The notes below the pieces were generated by a model. The model was not told the origin of the DNA and ran no database searches. It worked only from the letters and a program-made list of their open reading frames with translations. 64,000 bases of DNA, from NCBI GenBank assembly GCA_039804105.1, contig JBDRZU010000001.1, forward strand, positions 640,001 to 704,000. Direction: 5' to 3'. Below, piece by piece: positions 10,177 through 19,030 of this stretch (its first letter is position 1; each line of letters opens with the position of its first letter). This stretch comes from a candidate division WOR-3 bacterium. GTDB lineage: Bacteria; Hydrothermota; 32-111. A program made the translations under genes and the position numbers.

Positions 10177-11484
10177 TTAAAGTTTAATAATATTTTTACT
10201 CTTAACCTTTTTAAAACCATTTCTCGTATCAAATATAATCTTTGCATTTTTGGCAACCATTTCATAATCAAAAGAAGAGTGATCCGTTAGAAGAATAACA
10301 CAATCAAATTTTCTTATTTCATTTTCTTTAATACTTTTTAATACTTTGACCTTCTTGTGTTCCCCTTTCTCATCTATGAAACTGTTAACCATCGGGTCAT
10401 AAACTGTTATCAAAGCCCCCATTTCTTTCAAAAGATGATAGACTTCAAGAGCTGGCGATTCTCTTAGATCATCAATGTCTTTTTTATAAGTTATACCCAT
10501 TAATAAAACTTTTGAACCGTTTAATGTTTTTTTGTATCTGTTTAAAATCTCTGTGACCTTATTCAAAACAAATCTTGGCATATTCGAATTGACATCAGAA
10601 GCAAGTTCAATAAATCTGTTGTAATAATCATACATTTTGGCTTTCCATGATAAGTACATCGGATCAAGAGGTATACAATGGCCACCGATCCCAGGTCCTG
10701 GATAAAATGGCATAAAACCAAAAGGTTTCGAAGATGCTGCATCTATTACATTCCATATATCTATCCCCATCCTATGACACATAATCGCAAGTTCATTTAC
10801 GAGTCCAATATTCACTGCCCTGAATGTATTTTCAAGAAGTTTTACCATCTCAGCTTCCTCAGGGGAATTAACAGTTATTACCTTCTCTATAACCTGTTCA
10901 TACAACATTTTGGTAATCAATGTATCTTTACCAGTTATTCCTCCAACAACTTTTGGAGTATTTTTTGTATTGTATTTCGGATTACCTGGGTCAACCCTTT
11001 CGGGAGAAAATGCAACAAAAAAATCTTGTCCAACCTTATAACCAAACTTTGAAACTCTATCTGCTATAAGTTCTCTTGTAGTTCCAGGGTAGGTAGTAGA
11101 TTCCAGTACTATAAGCATATCCTTATGAAGATATTTAACTATGTGATCCATTGCACCGGTGATATACGATACATCAGGATCTTTACTTTTTTGAAGTGGA
11201 GTTGGAACAGCAATCAAAACACAATCAGATTTTTTCACAACAGAATAATCCGTTGTAGGAAAAAATCTTTTATTAACAACATCTTTAACATCTTTTTTAT
11301 CAACATCAAGAATATAAGATTCACCTTTTTTTAAAAGTTCAACTTTTTCACTCAACAGATCTATTCCATAAACAGAAAAACCTGCTTTTGCAAATTCAAC
11401 AGCGAGTGGTAATCCAACATAACCAAGACCAATAACTGAGATCACAGATTTTTTATCTTTAACCTTTTGAAGTAGAATGCTCAT
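10177..11484 (-). CDS. UDP-N-acetylhexosamine 6-dehydrogenase (WbpA/WecC/TviB family)
   Basis: GLGYVGLPLA, LESTTYPGTT, SPERVDPGN, KLLENTFRAVNI, GPGIGGHCIPLDP; SD AAAGGAGG. Confidence 0.9.
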   Translation of the reverse strand: MSILLQKVKDKKSVISVIGLGYVGLPLAVEFAKAGFSVYGIDLLSEKVELLKKGESYILDVDKKDVKDVVNKRFFPTTDYSVVKKSDCVLIAVPTPLQKSKDPDVSYITGAMDHIVKYLHKDMLIVLESTTYPGTTRELIADRVSKFGYKVGQDFFVAFSPERVDPGNPKYNTKNTPKVVGGITGKDTLITKMLYEQVIEKVITVNSPEEAEMVKLLENTFRAVNIGLVNELAIMCHRMGIDIWNVIDAASSKPFGFMPFYPGPGIGGHCIPLDPMYLSWKAKMYDYYNRFIELASDVNSNMPRFVLNKVTEILNRYKKTLNGSKVLLMGITYKKDIDDLRESPALEVYHLLKEMGALITVYDPMVNSFIDEKGEHKKVKVLKSIKENEIRKFDCVILLTDHSSFDYEMVAKNAKIIFDTRNGFKKVKSKNIIKL

Positions 11485-11500
11485 CAAAATCCTCCTTTAA

Positions 11501-12115
11501 TTATATTAAAAGTAAAGATATTATATAATCCAAATACTCATCTATGTCAATAGAATTAACTCTTTCCATTGGATAAGGTTGAAAATCAACTGGAATCTTT
11601 TTATTCTTTAAAAAATCTTTTACATTAAAAATGTAAAAGGAACCGTTCTGTTTATATATCTCAAGATATGGAAGAGAAATTAAACCATTTTTCGTTGAAA
11701 TGAACATATGTTCTTTATTTTTAATCTTTTCCACAGAGATTACTGTTTTTTTTCTTTTAAAAAACATAAACAGGGCTTTTTTTAAATCATTTTTGCTTCT
11801 CAAAGGTGATGTTGGTTGAAGCAAAATTATAACATCATCACTTCTCATTTTAAATTTTTTAATCACATATAAAATTAGTCGATCCATACTTGTCGATGCT
11901 TTTGCAAGTTGTTTAGGTCTTAAATCAAAAATGATTTTGGAAAGTAAAGGACAATCAATATTTTTATCTGAAGAAACAATCACTTTATCAAAAATTTCAG
12001 AATCAATAGCGAAATCTAAGGTTATTTCAAATAGAGTTTTTCCTGAAATCCTCACAAAATTTTTATTTTTAACCCTTCTGCTTTCACTTTTAGCAGGTAT
12101 TAAAGCGTAAATCAT
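11501..12115 (-). CDS. Acylneuraminate (nonulosonate) cytidylyltransferase, NeuA-like
   Basis: IPAKSESRRVKNKN, LLQPTSPLR, NGSFY, SIDID. Confidence 0.85.
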   Translation of the reverse strand: MIYALIPAKSESRRVKNKNFVRISGKTLFEITLDFAIDSEIFDKVIVSSDKNIDCPLLSKIIFDLRPKQLAKASTSMDRLILYVIKKFKMRSDDVIILLQPTSPLRSKNDLKKALFMFFKRKKTVISVEKIKNKEHMFISTKNGLISLPYLEIYKQNGSFYIFNVKDFLKNKKIPVDFQPYPMERVNSIDIDEYLDYIISLLLI

Positions 12116-12117
12116 TT

Positions 12118-15100
12118 TTATCCAAAGAATATATCTCCAAAAGTTTCCCTTTCGATTTTTTCATCTTTTTTCTCTAACTCTTGATTTTTCTCTTCAAACC
12201 ACTTTTCGAGAGATACCTTTTCCATTCTCTCTTTTTCCGGTTCCATATTTTCTTTTTTAGAAACCTCAGGTATTTTAAATTCTTCAACTTTTCTTTCACC
12301 GGCAATTTCATGTTGTATTTTTTCCCGTAAAGTTATCTTCATCCTGTCCTTCTCCTCATTCAATTTTTTAATCTCCTCTTCAAGATTTTTGATCATATTA
12401 TCTTTTTGTTCAAAACCAACTTTCTTTGAAGAAACTTCCTGTTTCAATCTATTGTTTTCTTTGATGAGATTCTCAATCTTTAACCTTAAATCATTTATAA
12501 TTTCGTCCTTTTTATTAATCTCGAGCGTAAGATCCTTCTGGTATAAAGATTCATTTGCTTTTTCAAGTTCGATTTTTTCCTGTAAATTCTCCAATTGCTG
12601 TTTCTTTTCTTCAATCTCTTTCAAAGTTTTTTCCTTTTCAAAATCATACTTCTCTTTTTCACTTTTTACGATTTCAAATTCTTTCTTTATCTGTTCATAC
12701 ATACCCTTCATCTTTTCTATTTCATTTTTTATCTGTTCGTACTGTTTTTGCATCTGTTTTTCTATTCCTGCAATTTTGATCATCTTTTGAGTTGTTTCTG
12801 TAAATTCTTTTTTTAGATTCTCAGTTTTTACCTGCAGATCGATGTACTCTTGTTGAAGAGATTGTCTACTTTCAGTTATCTTAGCAATTTCTGTTTTTCT
12901 ACCGTTTATTTCCTCATTTATGGTAAAAAGTTCCTTTCTCATATTCAAAAGAAGTTTTTCTTTTTCAGACAATTCCATCTCAATGTTCTTTTTGATGTTT
13001 TCAATTTTTTCAAGACCCAAAACAGCAGCCAGTTTTCTTTCCTGATTTTTTCTCAAGATTATTATTTCGTCCAACTTATTCTTTATCTTTAAAAGTTGAT
13101 TCAAACTCATCTTGGTTTCTATTATTTGCGGTGAATCTCCTTCAACTGGTTTGAATTCTCTGATGTTTGGGAAATCTGTTTCAATCTTTTGAATCTTTTC
13201 CTCGAGTTCTCCCAGATCGATTCTCTTTTCATTTAGCGTTGTATTCAACCTTATTTCTTCTTTTTTTAGTGATTCTATTTCATTTTCAAGTGATTCTTTT
13301 TGTAACTGAAGGTCTTCAATATCCATCATTGACATTTTTAGTGTATTCTTTATCTCTTCAAGTTTCTCGTTTTCCTGTTTTATCCTGTTTCCTACTTCTT
13401 TTGATTCTTTTTCCTTTTCAAGCAACCATCTTGTTATCTCATCCTTATCATTTTTTAAAGATACAAGTTCGTTGTTAAGTTCAATGATCTCTTCATTGAT
13501 TCTATTCTTCTCTTTTTCAAGATCCTCTATAACAGTTGATGTTTCTTTGATTCTTTTTTGAAAATTATTTTCAAATTCATTGATTTCTCTCTTCTTTTCT
13601 TCTATAATCTTTTCAAGATTCTCCTTTTCTTTTAAAACCTCCTCAGTTTCTTTTTTTGAAAGTTGAAGTTTGTGTTCATTTTCATCGATCAATTTTTTTA
13701 ATTCTTTTTCTTTTATCTGATATTCATTTTCCTTTTGACTTAACCTTTGTTCAAAATCCAACAATAACTTTTTTAATTCTTCGATTTTCAAATTTTTTGC
13801 TTCAATTTCTTTATCGAGTTCATTTTTTTGATTATTTATTTTTTCAAGTTCGAGTAATAGTTGTTTTCTCTCCTGTTCCTTTCCGTTGAAATTTTCAAGT
13901 ATCATTTCAGCATTTACTTTTAACTGCTCAAGTTCCTGTTTATCCTCTTCTATCTGTGAACTTAATTTTTCTTTCTCTTTTCTCAATTTTAATACTTCAT
14001 CGAAAATATTTTCCTTTTCTCTTTTTAACTCATCTATTTCTCCTGCAAGTCCTTTTTTATGTTTTTCAAACTCGTTCATCTCGTTCCTTATTTCAGTGTA
14101 TCTGTCTGAAAAACCCGAATATTCTCTCATCAATTCATCCAGCTTTTTCTCTTCCTTCTTGATAGAATTCATAAGTTGGAGAAGTTCTCCATTTTTTGCC
14201 TTTATTTCCTTTTCAATGGTATCTTTTCGTTTTTCATCATTCTTTATTATTCCTGACAGTTCATTGAAGTATGATTCTTTAGTTTTTATTTCTTTTTCCT
14301 TTTCACTAAGTTTTTCAGCCAAAATGTTATATTCCAAATCTAATTTTTTGAGTGTCTGGCTTTTTTCATCAATTTCATCTTCTATTTTTTTAATACTGTT
14401 TTTTAATCGTTCTTCAGTTTTTTCAAGTTCATCTATAACCTTTCTTATTTTTTGATTCTCTTCTTTTAAATCATCTCTCTCTTTTTCATACTGTTTTATA
14501 GTTCTTTTTAAATCGTTAATCTTTTCAGTCAATTCGAGTTCATCACCTAGAGATACACCCATTCCAGATTCGATCTTTTCAAGATATTTTTTCTTGTCAT
14601 TAATCTTTTGCTCTAAAAGATTTAAACTGCTTTCATCCTCTTCAAACTTTCTCTTTAAACTCAAATATTTTTTTTCAAGGTTTTTTAATTGTTCAGTTTT
14701 CTCCTTTTCATCTTCTTTCAAAGATTCAAGATTTTTGCTTATCTTTTCAAAAGCAATTTTATTCTCTTCAAGTTCTCGTTTTAAAATCTCCTTTTTCCTT
14801 ACTTCCTCTTCGTTTTCTTTTCTCAGTTCAGAAAGTTTTTTCTCCTCTAAATCATATTTTGCTTTTAACTCTTCAAAATCCTGTAATATGCTGTTTTTTT
14901 CTTTTTTAATATTTTCGAGTTCTTTTACTATTCTTTCCTTTTCTTTTTTTCTTTCTTTAACATCCTCTTCAAGGTTTGTTATCTCTTTTTCAATTGATTC
15001 TCTTTTTTGATTCAGATCGCCAACTATTTTCTCATTTTCCTTCGTTATTTTTTCAATCTCTTTTTTTAATTCTTCTAACCTTTTTTCCCTATCGTTGACC

Positions 15101-16050
15101 TCTTTTGTGAAATTTTTTAAAAGTGTTGTTTGTTCATCTATTTTCTTTCTAAGTTCTTTTTCTTCTATAGATTTTTTCATGAGATTGGAAACTATTTTGT
15201 TTAACTCTTCATTTTTCTGAAAAATTTCTTTTTCCAACCTTTCAAAATCAATTTTTTCATGAGAATCTTGTACATTTATATTATCAATAGTTTCTGCGGT
15301 TTCTCTTGTTTGCTCCAGATTTTCTTCTTTTATTTCTTCTTTCAGTTTATCTTCCACAAAGTTTTTTTCTGCGATATTTTCTTCTTTTATCTCTTCCTTC
15401 TCTATTTTTTCCTCTTTTTCATTACTCTCGATTTCAAGATTTTTAATATCCATTTCCTGAAGTTCTTCAACAAGATCCTTTGCGACATTCTCTTCTGTTA
15501 CACTGTCAAGATCTATTTCATTAATATATTCAGCTTTATATCCTGTGTCTTCCGACGATAATTCCTCTTTTAAGTTATCTATAGGGATGGTTTCTTTTTC
15601 TTGCTCTTTTGAAATTATATTTTCTTTCGTTTCTGGTTCTTCAAGTTTTTCAACAATTTCTTCACTCTTTAAGAAAGAACCATCTTCATCTGTTTCATTT
15701 TTTTCTTCCACTGTTTCAATTTTTTCAAAAACATCAAGAAGATCGACTATGTTCTCCTCATGGGAAGTTTCAGGAGTGATCTCTTCTCTGGGTGAATCAA
15801 TCTTTTGTTCAGCAACAACAGTTTCAGAATCAAAAGCATCAAGAATATCAGAAAGATCAGAAACTATATCTTCCGTTATGCTTTTATCATTATCAACAGA
15901 TTCTTCTTTATTTTCTTCTCTCTTACCAATTTCTTTTGATGCTACTTTTATACCTTTTTTCTTTTTTAAAACTATCTTCTTTTGTTCTTCATTCTTTTTT
16001 ATTTCATTTTCATCTCTTTCGGATTCATCCTTTTTTCTAAAAAACATCAT
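12118..16050 (-). CDS. 1310-aa Glu/Lys-rich coiled-coil protein with acidic disordered N-terminal region; function unknown
   Basis: Long ORF with AAGGGGGG SD. About 250-aa acidic region, then about 1000 aa of heptad-like sequence. No Walker motifs, TM or signal peptide seen. Confidence 0.8.
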   Translation of the reverse strand: MMFFRKKDESERDENEIKKNEEQKKIVLKKKKGIKVASKEIGKREENKEESVDNDKSITEDIVSDLSDILDAFDSETVVAEQKIDSPREEITPETSHEENIVDLLDVFEKIETVEEKNETDEDGSFLKSEEIVEKLEEPETKENIISKEQEKETIPIDNLKEELSSEDTGYKAEYINEIDLDSVTEENVAKDLVEELQEMDIKNLEIESNEKEEKIEKEEIKEENIAEKNFVEDKLKEEIKEENLEQTRETAETIDNINVQDSHEKIDFERLEKEIFQKNEELNKIVSNLMKKSIEEKELRKKIDEQTTLLKNFTKEVNDREKRLEELKKEIEKITKENEKIVGDLNQKRESIEKEITNLEEDVKERKKEKERIVKELENIKKEKNSILQDFEELKAKYDLEEKKLSELRKENEEEVRKKEILKRELEENKIAFEKISKNLESLKEDEKEKTEQLKNLEKKYLSLKRKFEEDESSLNLLEQKINDKKKYLEKIESGMGVSLGDELELTEKINDLKRTIKQYEKERDDLKEENQKIRKVIDELEKTEERLKNSIKKIEDEIDEKSQTLKKLDLEYNILAEKLSEKEKEIKTKESYFNELSGIIKNDEKRKDTIEKEIKAKNGELLQLMNSIKKEEKKLDELMREYSGFSDRYTEIRNEMNEFEKHKKGLAGEIDELKREKENIFDEVLKLRKEKEKLSSQIEEDKQELEQLKVNAEMILENFNGKEQERKQLLLELEKINNQKNELDKEIEAKNLKIEELKKLLLDFEQRLSQKENEYQIKEKELKKLIDENEHKLQLSKKETEEVLKEKENLEKIIEEKKREINEFENNFQKRIKETSTVIEDLEKEKNRINEEIIELNNELVSLKNDKDEITRWLLEKEKESKEVGNRIKQENEKLEEIKNTLKMSMMDIEDLQLQKESLENEIESLKKEEIRLNTTLNEKRIDLGELEEKIQKIETDFPNIREFKPVEGDSPQIIETKMSLNQLLKIKNKLDEIIILRKNQERKLAAVLGLEKIENIKKNIEMELSEKEKLLLNMRKELFTINEEINGRKTEIAKITESRQSLQQEYIDLQVKTENLKKEFTETTQKMIKIAGIEKQMQKQYEQIKNEIEKMKGMYEQIKKEFEIVKSEKEKYDFEKEKTLKEIEEKKQQLENLQEKIELEKANESLYQKDLTLEINKKDEIINDLRLKIENLIKENNRLKQEVSSKKVGFEQKDNMIKNLEEEIKKLNEEKDRMKITLREKIQHEIAGERKVEEFKIPEVSKKENMEPEKERMEKVSLEKWFEEKNQELEKKDEKIERETFGDIFFG

Positions 16051-16058
16051 CCCCCCTT

Positions 16059-16952
16059 TTAACTTCTTGGATGGAATCTATCGTAAATTTTTGTTAGCTG
16101 TTTTTTGTTCACGTGTGTGTATATTTCGGTCGTCATAATACTCGAGTGACCAAGCATCTCCTGCACACTTCTTAGATCAGCCCCTCCCTCTATAAGATGT
16201 GTTGCAAAAGAGTGTCTAAGAAGATGCGGATGTAACCTCTTTTGAATCCCCACAAGTTTTACTCTTTTTTTCAAAATGTTCCATATATCCATTCTGGTTA
16301 GTTTTTTACCAGTACGACTTAAAAATAAATATTCACTTTTATATTTCTCAAAAAAACTTCTATAATCTCTCAAATACTCTTGAATGCTGTTTAAAGCTGT
16401 TTTATTTAAAGGAACAATTCTTTCTTTCATCCTTTTTCCTAAAACTTTTATAAAACCTTCTTCATAAAAAACCGATTCAATTTTTAAATTTATAATTTCA
16501 GAAACTCTCAATCCTGCACCATACATAGTTTCTAAAATCGCTTTGTCCCTTTTATCAAAAGGACTATTACCTTTTATAGAATTTAAAAGCAAAGTTACTT
16601 CTTCTAAAGTCAGATAGTCAGGTAAATTTTTAGAAATTTTCGGTGGGGACACATTTTCTGTTGGATCTTTATCTATCATTTTTTCTCTGTATAAATAATT
16701 ATAGAAATTTTTCAAAGAGGTCAATTTTCTTGAAAGTGTTCTTCCATTCAATCCTAACATAGACATTTCCTTTAGAAAAAATTCAACAATGCTTTCATCA
16801 GCATCAAACAAATTTTTTTTAAAATTTTCACAAAAACTTATATACTGATTTATATCATTCAGATAAGCATCTACAGTTAGATCAGAGCATCCTTTTTCAG
16901 AGATAAGAAAATTTTTAAAATCCAATAAAACATCGCTTTTAGAAAATATCAA
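16059..16952 (-). CDS. xerD: Site-specific tyrosine recombinase XerD
   Basis: RDKAILETMYGAGLRVSE, K.RIVP, HPHLLRHSFATHLIEGGADLRSVQEMLGHSSIMTTEIYTHV, HPRS C-terminus; TTG start with AAAGGAGA SD. Confidence 0.88.
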   Translation of the reverse strand: MIFSKSDVLLDFKNFLISEKGCSDLTVDAYLNDINQYISFCENFKKNLFDADESIVEFFLKEMSMLGLNGRTLSRKLTSLKNFYNYLYREKMIDKDPTENVSPPKISKNLPDYLTLEEVTLLLNSIKGNSPFDKRDKAILETMYGAGLRVSEIINLKIESVFYEEGFIKVLGKRMKERIVPLNKTALNSIQEYLRDYRSFFEKYKSEYLFLSRTGKKLTRMDIWNILKKRVKLVGIQKRLHPHLLRHSFATHLIEGGADLRSVQEMLGHSSIMTTEIYTHVNKKQLTKIYDRFHPRS

Positions 16953-18312
16953 AAGAATCTCCTTTAAATGGGATTATAACATTTTCATATCCATATTCCT
17001 TCAAAGCATCTTTTAAAGAGTTGATCTGTTTTTCTTCTCCATGAACCAGATATATTTCTCTTTTTGGATTTAGACTTTTAACATAGTTTATAAGATCATT
17101 TCTATCAGCATGTGCAGAATATTCATTCATGATGACAACCTCCGCTTTTAATCTATACTCTTCACCGAAAATTTTTACTTTTTCTTCTTTTTCAACTATT
17201 TTCCTTCCAAGTGTATTTGATGCCATAAACCCTGTAATCAAAATTGTGTTTGAAGGATTTTCAATATTGTTTTTAAGATGATGTAAAATTCTGCCAGCTT
17301 CACACATACCACTTGCAGAAATTATTATCTTTGATTCTTTCATACTATTTAACTTTTTTGATTCCTCTGCATCCTGAATGTAATATAGTCCCTCAAAATT
17401 GAACGGATCCTTATTATAATTGAAGAGATTCATCATATCTCTATCATAACATTCGGGATGTTCCCTGAACACTTTTGTTATATTAACAGTCAGAGGAGAA
17501 TCAACAAAAATGTTCATACCTAAATCGTAACCTTCTTCCTTTAACATAAAAAGATCATACAAAAGTTCCTGGGTTCTTCCAACTGAAAATGCTGGGACGA
17601 TAAGATTTCCTTTTTTTCTTTTAACACCTTCAATAACTTTCTTCAGATTTTCTCTACTCTCTCTTATATCCGGATGAATTCTATCTCCATATGTTGATTC
17701 CATAATCAAAATATCTATATCTTTTATTATATCAGGATTTCTTATGATCGGAAGATGCTTTCTCCCAAGATCACCTGTAAAAAGCATTCTTTTTCCATTT
17801 CTTTCAAAGAGAATCTGAGATGAACCCAAAATGTGACCAGCATCTAAAAATGTAACTTTTAGATCTTTTTCGATTTCCAGTTCAGAGTAATAATTAATCC
17901 CCTTAAAATATTTAAAAGAAAGTTCGGCATCTCTGACTGTATAGATAGGTTGTTTATTTTCAGGATTTTTGTTTTTTTTGTTTAAAAATTCTATATCTTT
18001 TTCATGAATATGCGCACTATCAATAAGCATCGGTTTTAAAAGATCAACGGTTGCATAAGTTGATACGATTTCCGAATCAAATCCTTGTTTAACAAGATTT
18101 GGAATGTTACCGGAATGATCAATATGTGCATGGGACAATAAAACCATATTCAAAGATTTTGGATCAAAGGGAAAATTTAAATTTGCGATTTCACTTTCCT
18201 TTCTTTTACCCTGAAAGAGACCACACTCTACAAGTACTCGCTTTTGCCCGGTTTCAAGAAGAAACTTGGAACCTGTAACTTCTTTTGCTGCACCAAAAAA
18301 TGTAATCTTCAT
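16939..18312 (-). CDS. MBL-fold beta-CASP ribonuclease (YSH1/CPSF73-like bacterial family)
   Basis: GAAKEVTGS, SHAHIDHSG, AGHILGS, MESTYG, PAFSVGRTQE, ASGMCEAGRILHHL, SAHAD, LVHGE. Confidence 0.92.
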   Translation of the reverse strand: MKITFFGAAKEVTGSKFLLETGQKRVLVECGLFQGKRKESEIANLNFPFDPKSLNMVLLSHAHIDHSGNIPNLVKQGFDSEIVSTYATVDLLKPMLIDSAHIHEKDIEFLNKKNKNPENKQPIYTVRDAELSFKYFKGINYYSELEIEKDLKVTFLDAGHILGSSQILFERNGKRMLFTGDLGRKHLPIIRNPDIIKDIDILIMESTYGDRIHPDIRESRENLKKVIEGVKRKKGNLIVPAFSVGRTQELLYDLFMLKEEGYDLGMNIFVDSPLTVNITKVFREHPECYDRDMMNLFNYNKDPFNFEGLYYIQDAEESKKLNSMKESKIIISASGMCEAGRILHHLKNNIENPSNTILITGFMASNTLGRKIVEKEEKVKIFGEEYRLKAEVVIMNEYSAHADRNDLINYVKSLNPKREIYLVHGEEKQINSLKDALKEYGYENVIIPFKGDSFDIF

Positions 18313-18313
18313 T

Positions 18314-18949
18314 TTAAATCCTGATATTAAATTCTTTCAATATTTCACTAAATTGTTCTGCTTCACCAAAAAAACCATGACCTGGGAAGATTTTTGTTTC
18401 ATAGTTTATATTTGAAAATATTTTTTTTATCGACTCGATTATACTTTTATAATCACCTCCAAAAAGATCAGTTCTTCCAACTCCTTCTTTAAAAATGAGA
18501 TCCCCTGAAATTATATTGTTTCCTATTTTTAAAGTTATTGACCCTGGGGTATGTCCTGGTGTCGAAAGTATCATTATTTTTTCTTCACCAAAATAAAGAA
18601 AGTAACCTTCATCTAAAAGCACTTCGGGTTGTGGTGAGATGTAGTTATCACCTATATAATAGGACATATTTAACTCAGGATCCATCAAGAAATCGTAATC
18701 TTTAACTCCAACACATATTGGAATGTCAAAATAGTTTTTTAAATAAAGATTGCCAGAAATATGATCATAATGACCATGAGTGTTAACTATTTTTTCAGGG
18801 ATCAAACCATTACCTTTTAGGTAATCAAGAACCATTTTTCCATCAGCAGGATCAACTATAATAGCCTTTTTATCTTTCGATATAAGAAAATAGGTGTTCG
18901 TTTCAAGTTCACCATTGATAAGACAATCTATTTTTAAATTTGATTCCAT
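18314..18949 (-). CDS. MBL-fold hydrolase (glyoxalase II GloC/YcbL-like)
   Basis: THGHYDHI, TPGHTPGS, SGDLIF..GVGRTDL, PGHG. Confidence 0.88.
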   Translation of the reverse strand: MESNLKIDCLINGELETNTYFLISKDKKAIIVDPADGKMVLDYLKGNGLIPEKIVNTHGHYDHISGNLYLKNYFDIPICVGVKDYDFLMDPELNMSYYIGDNYISPQPEVLLDEGYFLYFGEEKIMILSTPGHTPGSITLKIGNNIISGDLIFKEGVGRTDLFGGDYKSIIESIKKIFSNINYETKIFPGHGFFGEAEQFSEILKEFNIRI

Positions 18950-18957
18950 AATTTATA

Positions 18958-18985
18958 AGTTTAGCAAAAATTCTCGATAAATCAA
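18958..18985 (-). promoter_or_regulatory. Predicted promoter TTGATT-16-TAAACT, 8 nt before the ATG at 18949 (near-leaderless)
   Basis: Read directly. TG extended -10 (TGcTAAACT); no SD before the ATG. Confidence 0.6.
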
Positions 18986-18996
18986 TATAATATATA

Positions 18997-19024
18997 TTTA
19001 CTTTTCAAAATTTATTGATAATAT
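18997..19024 (+). promoter_or_regulatory. Predicted promoter TTTACT-16-TAATAT, 6 nt before the ATG at 19031 (leaderless)
   Basis: Read directly. TG extended -10; no SD. Confidence 0.55.
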
Positions 19025-19030
19025 TACACT

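Noticed and set aside
12118..16050. SMC/SbcC annotation for the 1310-aa protein
   Set aside because: No Walker A/B, signature motif or hinge/zinc-hook visible.
12389..16138. Many plus-strand ORFs (up to 197 aa) opposite the coiled-coil gene, and similar antisense ORFs across the window
   Set aside because: Phe/Ser/Leu-rich shadows of GAA/AAA-rich coding on the other strand; no SD, motifs or independent signals.
16059..16952. Tyrosine recombinase as a phage/ICE integrase or integron integrase
   Set aside because: Typical XerD length and motifs, embedded in an operon, with no att/attC repeats, tRNA or mobile genes nearby.
16939..18949. Tandem MBL genes as antibiotic-resistance or defence nucleases
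   Set aside because: Motifs match the housekeeping beta-CASP RNase and GloC/YcbL families; no signal peptide.
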